Shown: one piece after another, positions 12,065-25,864 of the stretch | Numbering within the stretch: the stretch's first letter is position 1 | Layout: every line of letters starts with the position of its first letter | NCBI RefSeq assembly: GCF_006345805.1 | Contig: NC_043006.1 | Location: forward strand, 31,620,001 to 31,684,000 | Source: Octopus sinensis | Lineage: Eukaryota | DNA length: 64,000 nucleotides | Direction: 5' to 3' | The notes under the pieces: generated by a model | Database searches by the model: none | What the model was told of the DNA's origin: nothing | Seen by the model: only the letters and a program-made list of their open reading frames with translations | Position numbers and translations under genes: made by a program

Positions 12065-13872
12065 ATATTATATCACACACACGATACATCAGCTATCTCT
12101 ATCTGGTTCTATATTATTATCCCCGAGACTTTTCTTTCGTTGGTTCAAATCTCTCTATCTCTCTATGTCCCCCTCTCTCTTCCATTTTACTCCACTTCTC
12201 TTCCTCTCTCTCCCTCACAACTTACCTCCCCCTCTCACTCCCCTCTTCCTCTCTCTCTCTAACTGCTCTGTTTGTGATTATTTTTATTCTTATATCGATG
12301 ATGCTTCCAAAATCAACTTTACAATTCTTCTGGGATAAATTGACCTCCACGCTTAATTTCAAGCTTTAGCTCAAACGACAAACAGATCTGCCGACCACTT
12401 CTCGAAATCTGTCGCCTGATGTGTGAGTTTATAAGTAGACGTTGGCAGGATTTGGCTGGTGAGGCAGTTCGTTTTCAATGAACCAAGGCCGCGACCCGAT
12501 TTCGATTTCCTGTTGAAACAGTTTCACCTCTGTCTCTAAAGTTTTAGGGAAAGCATGAACGTTCCAACTTCTTGATTTCCTTCTCTTGTATAGGAACAGA
12601 TTTAGGGCACTTAGTGAGTAAAGTCGGCATCCGGTTTCGATTCCCAGATGGAAGCATTTCTGCATGCTGTTATCGCTGTTGTCAATTCATCTGTCATTTT
12701 CCCCATTTTTAAGAAGGCGGGAAACAAACTGAGTGAAATTTGATCACTATGCCTATGGACCACATAGAGGCTCCCGCTAAACCTTCTGACGATGGGCTAA
12801 CTGATTGCACAACTTACACGAGGGCTGCTACATATATAATAACTAGCATTAATCTGCGTTATGTTTATGTAGACACAAATCACTTTCCTGCTTCTACTGA
12901 ACACCGAACCCAGAAACAGCCGTAAAGGACAACCTACATTTTCCCAATCGACATTTGCGTGGCTATAACTAGTGATCCTATGTATTTTACATAACTATAT
13001 AGATTGACCCAGCATGAAAGACCGCACTTGGCTGGTACTTTTTATTATTATTATTATTATTATTTAATCCCTGTCCCGCACCGTAAAAAAGGAAAAAATA
13101 AAATGCGCTCGGCTGAATTTGAACTCAAGGAGTGAACAATCGGAACTGAATACTGCAGAGCATTTTGCCTCCCCTGCTACTGATTTTACTATACGATAGC
13201 AATAGAGATGAAGATGTTGATGATGATGATGATGATGATGACCACGACGACGACTACAACGACTACGACGATAGAAGTAGTGTTGATGATGATGATGATG
13301 ATGATGATGATGACGATGATGAGGAGGAGAAGGAGGAGGAGGAGAAGGAGGAGGAGAAGGAGGAGGAGAAGGAGGAGGAGGATTTTTTGGCTTCATTATT
13401 TTATAAGTTTTTTTCTTGTTTTTGATTTAATCTTTTATATTTGCTGCTATTTTTTTCATGTTGTTTTTGTTCTTGTGAATTTTATTTCTGGAAACGCAGT
13501 GACCGTGAAGCGAACCCCCACAGCAGACATGAGCAACAACAGTTTAAATCACTTCTGTCACCTCATAACATAGTGTACGGCAACAAAAGAAGAAAGTGCC
13601 GCGTGTTTACACACACACACGTGTGTGTGTGCGTGTGTGTATGAATTAGTTTGTTATTTCCGTCTCTGTATTCCTGTATCTCTGCTAAGTGTGTCGAAAT
13701 CGGTGGAATTATGTTTTGTAATGGGCCTTGTAATTTAGTGTCCGTGGATATGTGTAAAAGTCGGTTCTCAAGTTTCTGTTTATGCGTAAACACACATATA
13801 CACACTGACACACACTTACACAAACACACACACACACACATATATAATATATATATGTGTAATTTATATATA

Positions 13873-14260
13873 TACTAGCAGTATCGCCCGGCGTTGCTCA
13901 GGTTTGTAAGGGAAATAACTATAAAGCATTTTTAGAGAGTTATAGCCAAAAAATAGCAAAAAATGGAAAAAAATTATGGTAATTTTTTTTTGAGATTTAA
14001 AAAAGGTGGAGTTGCGTCCCCTAGACAGTTTGTGGTTTGTGTTTCTCATTGTCGACCCCATGTCGAATTTATCGATTTCTTTCAGAACTGGGGGAACTTT
14101 TCTAAATTTTCGCTGCGTTAGTTTTGAATTATGACATTGGGCTATGTGTGTGTCAAGTTTCATCAGAATCGGTTGAAAGCCGTGGTCAGGGTGAGGGTAC
14201 AAGCAAACAGACACACAGAAACACGCTCAGACAAACTGCCGTTTATATATAGAGAGAGAT
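13873..14260 (+). mobile_element. Non-autonomous Helitron-type element
   Basis: 5' TACTAGCAGTATCGCCCGGCGTTGCTC and 3' ACAGACACACAG...CAAACTGCCGTTTATATATAGAG, the layout of Lep1/HINE-like rolling-circle derivatives. Confidence 0.6.
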
Positions 14261-14390
14261 ATATATACACACACACACAAACACATATACATTCATATAC
14301 ATAGTCAAAAGCATACATACATACGCACATATATACATGCATGCACACAAACTACACGTGTGTGTGTGGTGTGTGTGTGTGTGTGTGTGT

Positions 14391-14427
<37 letters not shown>

Positions 14428-14609
14428 GTAATTAGTAAAGAACAATCAATACATTGTACCGAGTTGATATTTGTAGATAAACAGGTGATAACTTTCCCCT
14501 TTCCAGTCAAGTACTTGGCCCAGATATCTCGCTGTTCCATCCTTCCATATTTGTGGCTTTGTTCCTATTTTACAACTCATTTTTAGATGTTTCTATTCGA
14601 AAGCGGAAA

Positions 14610-14800
14610 GCTGGCCGAATTTTTGGTACACTGCCTGTATTTATTGCAACTTTACGTTCTGAGTTCAAATTCCGCCGAAGTTGTCTTTGCCTTTCATTAT
14701 TTCAGGGTCGATAAATTAAGTACCAGTCAAGTACTGGGTCGATGTCATCGACTATCCCCTTCCCCCGAATTTCAGGCCTTGTGCTTATACTAGAAAGGAT
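14610..14800 (+). mobile_element. SINE family A (tail type 1, ends in ATT repeats)
   Basis: ACGTTCTGAGTTCAAATTCCGCCGAAG...GATAAATTAAGTACCAG...TTTCAGGCCTTGTGC...GAAAGGATTATTATT. Confidence 0.85.
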
Positions 14801-14804
14801 TATT

Positions 14805-16312
14805 ATTGTTTCTCTTTATCACAGCTTTTGTTGGCGCACCTGGAGTTTTGCATGCATAGCAGTCTCTTTGCTACCTGCAGCCTACAGCACAATGATATCC
14901 ATTATTTTCCGTTACCTAATGCTTTCCTGATTATTTTGGCCGTGCCAAGGAGACAAACTTTTTGTAACAATTCTACTGGGCACTCTATTCCAGTTTCCTT
15001 TATATTCCTCTTGATGCCGTCTGATACTGTTCCCATGGACCCAGCAATAATTGGAACTATATTCATCTTCATTATCCATAGCCGTGTTATTTCGTTTATA
15101 TTTATCTATATTTTCACCTTCCTTCTTGTCTATTCGTGGGTCAAAGGGGCGTGCACCATCAACTAGGTAGCATATGTGGTGCATCTTGTCGACCACCACT
15201 AGGTTCGGTCTTTTATGCTCTAGCACCTGATCTGTTTGGATTGGGAAATCCCACAGGCTTGTGCTCATACCACGCCCTGCCTCTCTCTTGCCTCTGCAGT
15301 TCGTGGCCAAAGCTTGGTCTTGCGCTGCCAGTATAGTGATCTCGGTCTCCTTTTTTAGTATTCCTTTCTTCAGCCAATCCCACCTATTTTTTCTAGCATC
15401 TTCTGTTGTGGTTGCATGGAATTGATCGTGTAGTCTCTTCTTGCGTAATTCTTCCTCATGTCCTTTTTGCACATCTTCCTTTGTTTTCCCTTTTTTCTCT
15501 GCTCTCAATACTCCCTCGTTACTAAGTATCACTAGCAAGGTTTCCTTACATTGGATTAGGTATCTCATTGAGCTCTCGAGTTCGATACGCACGCAGTCTT
15601 CCACACGTATCAGTCCTCTTCTTCCATTTGCTGCATGTTGATGATGAGTTCTATGCAGCGTTAGAAGCTTTCTTGACTTCCTGTCCATCTCCTTTAGTTC
15701 CTCCTCTGTCCACTTCAGGATTCCAGCGCCATAACGAACTACTGAAACTGTGCGCGAATTTATTGCCGAAATTATGTTTCTGTCATTCAGCTTTGAAGTC
15801 AGCATTCTTCTCACTGTCCGCATGTACTCTCTTTCTGTCTTTTCCTTCATGTCATGGTATTTGATTCCATCTGCCTCAAGTATTCCCAGGTATTTTTAGC
15901 TGGATTGAGGCTGAATTGCCGTCATCAATTCACCACTTGGCAACGATATGCCTTCTGTTCTGAAAAGTTTTCCTCGCCTCATCACCATCCTGGCACATTT
16001 TGAGAGTCCAAATTCCATCTTAATATACTTGGAGAAAATCTACACATCCTGAACAAAGCTGCCCGTCCAGTTCTGCCACAGTTTTTGTAAATAGCTTCAG
16101 ATCGTCCATGAATAGCAAGTGGTTCAGTTTTCCCTTACCTCTTCCCAGATCATATCCTAACCCTTTTGTCTGTAGTATTTCACTCAAGGGTATCATTCCC
16201 AGCACGAAGATCAGTGGGGACCCACTGTCATCCTGGAAGATACCTCTCTTAATTTTCATCTCTCCTAATGCTTGATTCCCTGCAGCCAATTCCGTTCTCC
16301 AGCATTTCATGC
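14805..16312 (-). mobile_element. R4/Dong-type RLE LINE, 5'-truncated, internally deleted pseudogene
   Basis: RT motifs GIFQDDSGSPLIF and LNHLLFMDDLKLF; thumb region AINSRTVSVVRYGAGILKWT..MDRKSRKL; LWDFPIQTD...RPNLVVVDK...D..RP RLE domain; frameshifts; CCHC region missing. Confidence 0.9.
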
Positions 16313-16402
16313 AATTCCATAAAATGGGGTCGATGTAATCGACTAGTCCCCTCCCACAAAATTTCAGGCCTTATGCCTTTAGCAGAAAAGATTTATTATC
16401 AT

Positions 16403-16610
16403 TAAGGCAGTGAGCTGGCAGAATCGTTGGCACGCCGGATAAAATACTTAGCAGCATTTCTCCCGGTTCTAACGTTCTGAGTTCAAATTCCACCGAGTTT
16501 GACATTACCTTTCATCACATCGGGATCGATAAAAAGGAGTACCAGATGTGGACCAGGTTGATGTAATCGTCTTAACCCTGCCCCTTAAATTGCTAACCTT
16601 GTATTATAAT
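16403..16610 (+). mobile_element. SINE family A
   Basis: AAGGCAGTGAGCTGGCAGAATCGTTGGCACGCCGG...GTTCTGAGTTCAAATTCC; preceded by an orphan SINE A tail at 16320-16395. Confidence 0.8.
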
Positions 16611-16820
16611 CTGAGACCCTCTTATATGATCCTCCTCCCTTATTCCACACAATTACATCCGGAAGCATCAAGAGAATCAATCTGACAAAAGAATATTTCT
16701 CTTCCTCATGGCAAAACCATAAAATCTCAATGAGACAATAATATGCTTATGAAGCGGTGAAATGGGGGGATGTGACGTTCAAGTCTTTCCAGAAATCTTT
16801 AAAAGCATAAATGAGAAGAT

Positions 16821-17035
16821 GGAGGCACGTGACCAAGTCATTAGGATGTTGCATTCATGATTGAAACATCGCAGTTTCAATACCCGACCGGGTGGTGCGT
16901 CGCTCAGCTCACTCGGCTTTAAATGGGTAACCCTACAACGGATTGACATCACAGCTAAAAGGAGTGTTGTGATCTTGGTCCCTTACAAGCCATGGAAATC
17001 GGGAAATCGGCCCTATGACTCCCAAGACCCGAGTG
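16821..17035 (+). mobile_element. Decayed tRNA-derived SINE (GGTAACCCT..ACGGA-type 3' part)
   Basis: tRNA-like head GGAGGCACGTGACCAAGTCATTAGG; tail GATCTTGGTCCCTTACAAGCCATGGAAATCGG shared with 36640-36705; related copy at 22282-22495. Confidence 0.55.
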
Positions 17036-18880
17036 AGCTCTTAATTTTATAAGTGAGATGTTGAAGAAGCTACTATAAATTGAAACCGCGTCGAGGGACT
17101 TCTTGCTTGCTAGAAATCTATCGACGGTCGGTGAAAAGCCCTTACGTTGATACTTAAGTTTGTACTTTATTTTATCGATGTACGAATGACCACGTTTAAT
17201 TGTAACAGCAAACAAGGGTTTTTGTTTGAGGTTTTAAAGTTTCAAGAAATTACTATAGTCACTAAATATAGCCAGAAGTTGGCAAAACGGAGAAAGCGAT
17301 AGAATATTGAACTAAATTACTCATAATGTTGTTTCCGCTTCGTCAGCTGCAAAAACCAAATAATTTCGTTCTCATTCGGGCTATGAATAATAGATTTGCT
17401 TTTTGTGGCTGATGAAGCAAAATGACACACAACCGCATGTGTTTCATACCATTCAATAATGTCATTCACAGAATCTAGAAAATGTGTTTTCACACCCAGA
17501 ACGAAGAATTTTCTCCTCGAGAGAGTCTCCGCAGCGTAAGGTCTAACCGGGTTCGAATACATTCAAACGTACTAAATATAACTTTACTTTAAAAAAATGC
17601 TGTTGTTTATCAGCAATTCAAGTCTGAGCGAACAAACCTTTAGATGCATGCATTCCAATCTCTCCCACTCACTTTGTATATGTCACAGTGTATCTAAGAT
17701 TACATATTCCAGTGGGAGCATGTAATCTTAGATATCCTATGACAAGGTAGCTTGTCCCTTATCTCCAGCAGCTCGATGAACATGGTACTGGCTTATCTCA
17801 GCATCTATCTTTATAGACGTAACTGTCATCTTAATTAACATCAAAAGCAACAAGTTAATAGAAAAACCTCCATATTGTAGCTCGACCTGCTAGGAATAGT
17901 AGTCAAATGTTTTAGTACAGTCCTGAATTCACTGAACATAAAAAAAAAGATGGAATGGTCATTGATGGGACGCCTTTGATCATAGTTTTACTCAGTGTGA
18001 CTTGAGTTTAAAAAACGACAGCTACAATAAATAGAAGCGTGGTGTAGGACAACTAAATATCCTTATATTGTTATCGTAACAATATAGACTGAATTTCCGT
18101 CTATTGTCATCGTAGACTCTTTTCTCCCACGGACAATCATGCAAGAAAGGATATTACGAACACCACCAAACCATTCACAGCTCTATCTTTAAATCAGACT
18201 TAAAATGACAATGGGTTGGTAACAGCGAGAAAGTCAGGGTTTATCCAAAAATCTTTAATAGGATCTAAATGGTGGTCTCCACGAAAGACCCCCACGGGCC
18301 AGATGATGGGGTTTAAAGCAGGAGACAGAATAAATTTGGCACCCAGGAACAGGTCTGCTCCATTCGGTGAGTTTCTATCTTTTCAGTTTTACTCATAATG
18401 TTCGAATATATTTGACGTTATGCTACAGGGCACTTGCTTAATGTGCCGCGCAGTGGGGTGGGGGCGCAATAGCGTCGAGGGGGAGGTCTGCAATAAGTGA
18501 CGCTTTTATGATGGAAGGGGCACTTACGGGTCTACTGCATGAGCCTATATAGACTGTATTGGCCCCGGGGTAGAAGCGGCAAACTCAAGCGCTGCCCCAG
18601 GGTGACACTCACTAATTATTCAACTGAAAGGAGTTCGAACCGGGAATCAAATAACTGCGAAGGGAACTGCTAAACATAACGCCACCCTACACCTCTACGT
18701 CACATCTCAACCCGATACGCACCCTTCCTCCATCCCTCCCCTCCAACTACCACCACCACCTCCACCACCACTACTACTACTATTTTCGCATCTTCACTTA
18801 TCTTTATCTCTCCCGTATCCTAATTCCTCCACCCAGCATCGCTGTGTCCTACACTCAAAGCTTTGTATTATATAACAGAA

Positions 18881-18912
<32 letters not shown>

Positions 18913-19989
18913 CAAGAGCGAGAGAGAGAGAAAAAGATGATGTGGAAGGGGCGTGTGTTGATGTCAGTCGGTCGGTGGGTGGATGGGTCGATGGCTGGCA
19001 CTGTGAGATAAACTAGAATTAACCAATAAAAAAGGATAATTGCACGACATCTGATATCTTGCATACTGCATTCATATCTGACTAGAAGTGTTAGGCTTTT
19101 ATTTCAACAATTCAACATTGAACAGACAGTGATGTACGTTTGTTTAATGAGCGACGTGACAGAAAGACAAACAGACAGTCAGATTGACAGACGAAGAGAG
19201 AGAGAGAGAGAGAAGGAGTGAGTATGTGCTGATGTAAGAGTGAATTTGTTTTGGGGTGGGGAGAGCGTGCGGTGTGTACGTGTGCTTTCGTTTTTGCTTG
19301 CGTATGCATATGCATATGCGAGCGAAGAGGATTGGGAAAGACTGCCGTCCTTTTTCGTGTGAGTTTATGGTCGTTCAGAAACGTCCGTATAGTATTATGT
19401 CACCGTTGTTTGTCTTATACCAGATACATACGCAAACACACACACATGTGTGAATATATATATTTTAAGGCTCCGATGCACAAGCACTCAACTATGAGTG
19501 CATTGCATATTGTAGCAGAAACAACTGTCAGCTAATGGAATTCTTAACCTAATTTCTCCTTCTCCCTTGTCATTTTAATTCCTCCCTCAAAGAGCCGGGT
19601 ATCAAAACACATCAAAGTCATAGACAGACGAGACAACTCACTCCAAGTCCCACTTAGGAGCGATGGACATCGATGTTTCACCATTTTTGTGGCTTATCAA
19701 CATTATGTACCTGAACCGAATCGGAGGCGAACTGAACCGCCAGTCTATGACTGTAAACAAATAGTGTAAAAATCATTTACCGGTATACCACGACGATGGT
19801 TACTTAAGAATAAATTAAAATATGGATTAGAAGCAGCGCTAGTGTTGTAAACATTATCGACCACAGAGACTCAACATCTGTGCCTTGCTTGTTCGTTGGC
19901 TGGCTAAACCGCAGCCTGCCGGTGAACAAGCAGGACACGTATTTTGAGTATGTGTGGTCGATAATGTTTTAATATATATAGTTGAAATT

Positions 19990-20135
19990 TACAGAAAAAC
20001 AAAAGACGAAGACAAGTGTTTAAACAAGCTGGTGTATTAGTTTGACGCTCGGAAAGGTGAAAGTCTTTTTACGTTTCGAGCCGTAAGCATTTTGCCTGGC
20101 GTGCTAACGATTCAGACAGTTCGCTGACTGCCTTC
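19990..20135 (-). mobile_element. SINE A head (20084-20135) fused to a Penelope-like terminus (19990-20083)
   Basis: Minus strand CGTTAGCACGCCAGGCAAAATGCTTA | CGGCTCGAAACGTAAAAAGACTT... Confidence 0.65.
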
Positions 20136-20611
20136 ATAATAATAATAATAATATTCTGCTCAATACCACAGCTTTGCTGGTCAGTTGTTTGACCTTAACC
20201 AGTTGAGCATGCCCCTTGGTGGCTGACGATATGCACATCTCTGATCACGAGCAGAAGTAGTGGTGGAGCACCATAGCCATGTGTTGAGAAGAATTCTTTG
20301 CGGTTTTAATAATTCACTTTTGGATATATTGGTGTTTCGTTCAACATCGTTAAACAACCCTTATTCAGGGACAGTTTGAGCGGGATGGGCTATTTGACCT
20401 TAAGAAAATTCTAACTGGATCCCCACCTGCAATGTCATGCGTTGTTTATCTTGATATGAGATCACCGTGTCGTGCACACATGGTGTGATGCATGTGCCTG
20501 ATGTACCCCTGTCAGACGGGTAGTCATGATGGGTATACTGAGCTTCGTATATTTTACCCCAGTGTCGCTTTGATGGCATACACTGCTCTCTCACTCAATA
20601 ATAATAACTAT

Positions 20612-20900
20612 CATTTCTTTATTCAACACGGACAGTTTACATAAACGATTGGGGACGGAACAGGACAACTCAGCACAAAAAAGAGTGGGATTTAATCGTG
20701 TAAAGAGGTAATAACAATAAAAATTATAACAAATAAATCCCCAAAAGAAGGAGTCTTCCAAGGGCTACTCGTGGAAACCCCACAAAAACCACGATCGTCC
20801 TGACCTCCAAGGCAATTGCCCTTTCCACTTCAACTACTCTCGATCTAGAGGCGCATGTTTAGAGCAGGTCCTTTCAATCTGGCCATTCGCGCTATTAAAT
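20612..20900 (-). mobile_element. L1/Tx1-type 3' UTR fragment
   Basis: Ends ...AAACTGTCCGTGTTGAATAAAGAAATGA, the same terminal motif as 6820 and 10880. Confidence 0.45.
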
Positions 20901-21771
20901 ATTATATCTTATAATGTTCATATTACGAATTGGTTTCTTACAAGACCAACTCCGGCAGTCATTAGCTATAGCGAAAGAAATAGCATGGCGTGGATTCTTT
21001 GCCACTGGACGCCTGAAAGAGGTCCATAAAGTAAACAGGATGCGATAGACTGAAAAATTTGAAGAGTGGTTGTGTTCGCTGAGTATTTGGTGGTGGTGAC
21101 GGTAATGCCGGCGGCGGCGGCGGTTGTTGTTGTTGTTGTTGTTGTTGTTGTGGTGGTGGTGGTGGTGGTGGTGGTATGACAGGATGGAGATAATGACAGT
21201 AATGGTGACTTTGGGAATTGTTTCTTGTTGCTGTTGCTGTTGTTGTTTTTATAGGTGTTGTTTTAGCTGTAAGTCAGTCCTGAGGAAGCGGCCCTATTGA
21301 TCAAGCATGTTTTATTCCTGACGATCTTCTACGGTCTTATGACTACATTGAACACTGTTAACTTCGCTTTCGAGAAACGTAGATTTTAATTCGAGGGATA
21401 TTCGCCTGCTATTTCTGGTAAATCAAACGACCGTATAGAGGCTCTTCCCGTTGGCTTCTAACGTGTCGTTTTTAGTAACGGAGGTGGCTTTGGGTAGTAG
21501 TGGCAGTGGCTTCAGGTGTTAATTTAGAAGTGATGATGGCTTTAGATGGTTGGACTGATGGTAGCGGTGGTGGTGGTGGTGGTGGGTTGAGGTAAGTGGA
21601 AGTGGTTGACGCATTTAGCGCCACACCCACCATCGTCTACACCCCCGTCTATGTGAGAATTAGACGGAGATAAATAAACAAGAAGCTCTTATATCACCCG
21701 TGGGTCGTCCGGCCAAAGGGATTATATTTTCCCACGCGATTCCTCACTAAGAAACCAAAAAAAGAAGACAG

Positions 21772-21812
<41 letters not shown>

Positions 21813-22010
21813 AGAAAGAAAGAAAGAAAGAAAGAAGAAAGAAAGAGAGAAAGAAAGAAAGAAAGAAAGAAAGAGACAGTCAGTGATATCTTTAGTTTCA
21901 TTTTAGAATTTCAGAATTTCACTTCTCCCTCCTTCCCTCTCCCCCTGTTTCTACTTTATAGGTATGTCTGTGTGTGTATATATATATATAAATGTGTGCG
22001 TGTGTGTATA

Positions 22011-22048
<38 letters not shown>

Positions 22049-22050
22049 TG

Positions 22051-22143
<93 letters not shown>

Positions 22144-22495
22144 ATATATGTGTGTGTGTATATATATATATGTATGTATGTGTGTATATATATGTTTGTA
22201 TGTGCGTGTATGTATGTATATATATATATATGTGTGTGTGTGTATGTGTGTGTGTGTGTGTATTATGTGAATACCTATAGTAGTTAGGGCGTTGGACTCA
22301 CGATTGCCAGAGCGTGGGTTCGATTTCCAGAACGAGCGTTGCTCCATTCCACTCAACTGTAAGTGATTAACCCTGCGACGGAGCATCCTTCCCATCAGGG
22401 GGTAGCATCATTCGAAAGCTACAAACGATACAAAGCGCATTGTGACTAGCGACGTATAACTACATCCGATAATCTGGTCGATCACGCGATCAAGT

Positions 22496-22865
<370 letters not shown>

Positions 22866-22882
22866 ATAAAAGAATAAAATAA

Positions 22883-22937
<55 letters not shown>

Positions 22938-22964
22938 GTATGTATATAAAATCGGCACACCGCA

Positions 22965-23280
22965 GGTTATGACAATAAGGCTTCCAGTTGATTCGAATAA
23001 TCGAACAGCCTGTGTGTGAAGTGAATGTGCAAGTAGTTGAGTACTACACAGACATGCATACCCTTACTGTAGTTCTCAGGGAGATTCGGCATGACACAGA
23101 ATGTGACAAGGCTGGCCCCTTTTGAATTACAGGTACAGCTCATCTTTGGCAGCTGAGTGGACAGAAGCAACGTGAAATAGAGAGTCTTGCTCAAGGACGC
23201 AATGTGCCGCCAGGAATAGAACTCATGGCATTATGATCGATCGTGACCCAAATACCCTGACCTCTAAGCCACGTGCCTTA
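22965..23280 (-). mobile_element. tRNA-derived SINE with CORE-like domain
   Basis: Minus strand GGCACGTGGCTTAGAGGTCAGGG...CCTTGAGCAAGACTCTCTATTTCACGTTGCT; the 3' body is homologous to 44035-44150 and 48035-48170. Confidence 0.7.
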
Positions 23281-23438
23281 TATATATGCATGTGTGTGTG
23301 TATTTATCTACATATATACGTATATGTACATACAGACATATTTCTTATGCATACATGTATATACATGTATGTATTTATATACATGACTACATATACAGAC
23401 AGATATGCATATATATATATATACATGCATATATATAT

Positions 23439-23475
<37 letters not shown>

Positions 23476-24229
23476 GTATCTATCTATCTATGTATCAAAA
23501 GTATGTGTTGTAATACTATTCCACATATACAAAAACATCCATACCAACAATCCAACATACCTCCATCATCAGCTGCCCCTCGGATATCATTACCGTTTTG
23601 ACACCTGGGCAGTACCACATTCAGCGGTGTCAACAGTACTAAAATAAGTGTTGTTTGGGAACAAACATACCAAAGAAACCACAACTTTCAAACACATTTA
23701 CTCTATGTACAACAGTCTATAACCAGATCTTGAATATGTAACTAAACAGCGACCAAAACCTTTAAGTCATACAAAAAATATTCCCTACCGTCTTCCATAA
23801 TATAATATAAAAATGAATGCTTAATAGCCACATTCATTCAAGCCAAATACAGACAGGGGTTAAGTCAACTCAAGATCAAAATGACCATTTTCTAAACACG
23901 GTAAATCCGTGCAAACGTTCTGAGAGTGCAAGAATTACCCCGTGCATGAATATATTTTGAGTGGTTCGCATGTTAAGCCATAGCCGGAACCCCAATAGTT
24001 TAGACCTGGGAACAATAGCGAATAAGTGCTGGTTCCACATTCCTCAAAAACCTGGAGCTCTTGAATCAGAGCCCCAGCAGCGACTGCAGCTTAAAGTCTC
24101 ACACACACACACACACACACACGTATGTATGTATACATGTGTGTGCGTGTGTGTATGTGAGCGAGCGTTTGTGAATACTTATATGCATGTATATACATGC
24201 ATGTACATATATATATATATATATATACA

Positions 24230-24275
<46 letters not shown>

Positions 24276-24684
24276 CACACGCGTGTATGTATGCATGCTT
24301 CACTGTATATACTTATATGTATCTCAGTATCAGACACATTCAACATCCAACAATTATCTTTGAAACAACAAAATGCCATCATTTCTGTTCTCTCCTTCAT
24401 AAAAAACAACACAAAGACTCTTTCATAATTTCACGACGCAATTTCTCTCTTCTCTTTCTTTTCCTCTTTTCTATACCTATACCTTTCTACTCTCCACCTT
24501 CCTCTTCCTCCCTCTCTCTCTCACTCTCCTTGTCTCCCCCTCCTTAGCTATCCGTCTCTCACTATATTTTCTGCTAAACATATATACACAATACAAATTC
24601 ATACATACAAACCTACACACACTGACACACATACACACACCCCACTACATATATGTATATATGCATATGTACATACATGCATAT

Positions 24685-24735
<51 letters not shown>

Positions 24736-25414
24736 TATACATCGAGACGTTTTTGTTGTATGTGTTTTTTTTATCACATTTTCAAGTTTTCCCCTGTTCT
24801 TTGTTGTTGTTCTTATCATGTTTCTCGGTCAAGAACACTTATGAATGAAGACATTTGTCAATGGATGTTCTCATTCTTAATGTATATTTGTTCAATATAT
24901 ATATACGTTACGTTGAAGTGCGAATCGACACTAAAACCGTTTACAGTGATATACTAAGTTCTATCAGTTTACACTCACCGTCACCCGTCGGCTCTATTGA
25001 CCTTTCCTTTCTTTATTAACTCGTTACTGCTTTATTAATTCTCTAATACCAATTAATCATCTTTAAACGTAATATATAACATTCTTATATTATACTTTAT
25101 CATAAGCTTTTATTAAAATATGAGGTTTTGCTCAATCTTAACTGCCAATTACTCGTTTTTTCTCATGTTACTCTTTCTCCAAATATCCTTGGAATTTTAA
25201 GGATAATTTTACTGGCCATGCAATCATTAGATATCTCGTCTTCTCCCAATATGAATGGTTCCAGAAGGTGTATTCTCTGTATATGGATTAAGTATAACTA
25301 TACAGCTCTTTCCAGTTTTGGACAAGCATTGGAAATAGCGTATTCTTCTAGACACTTCCATCGCTACATCTTGTGAAATTTCCGACTATCGACCGGATAA
25401 AATAGTTAGTTTCC

Positions 25415-25860
25415 TTAGCAGCATTTTCTCCGTCTTTACGTTCTGAGTTCAAATCCCGTCGAGGTCGACTACACCTTCCATCCTTTTGGGATCGATCAAA
25501 TAAGTACCAGTTGCGTACTGGGGTATGTAATCGATTAGCCCCTCTTCCAAATTCCAGGCCTTGAGCATATAGTAAAAAGGAGTACTATTATTATCATTAT
25601 TATCATCATTATTATTATTGTTGTTGTTGTTGTTATTACTACTACTACTACTACTACTACTACTATTAAAGCGCTGAGCTAACAGAATCGTTAGCACGCT
25701 GGACGAAATGCTTCCTCGTATTTTATCGTTGCTACGTTCCGAGCTCAAATTCCGCCGAGGTCGACTTTGCTTCTCATCCTTTCGGGATCGATGAATTAGA
25801 TATCAGTTGCGTACTTGTGTCAATGTAATCGACACAATCCTTTAGTAGAAAGGACTATTA
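25415..25860 (+). mobile_element. Two tandem SINE A copies separated by ATT/ATC/GTT/ACT triplet repeats
   Basis: Two repeats of ACGTT..GAG.TCAAAT.CCG.CGAGGTCGAC...CATCCTTT..GGATCGAT. Confidence 0.85.
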
Positions 25861-25864
25861 TTAT

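Noticed and set aside
17325-17350. CTGACGA-AGCG-GAAAC on the minus strand
   Set aside because: Hammerhead core words are present but no stem I or stem III can form.
20195-20605. Repeat-like block flanked by (AAT)n
   Set aside because: Looks like a familiar dispersed repeat but is single-copy in this window with no diagnostic motif, so it is left unclassified.
25150-25370. Minus-strand WKCLEEYAISNACPKLE...LEPFILGEDE stretch
   Set aside because: Contains a stop, has no recognisable motif, and is too short to call.
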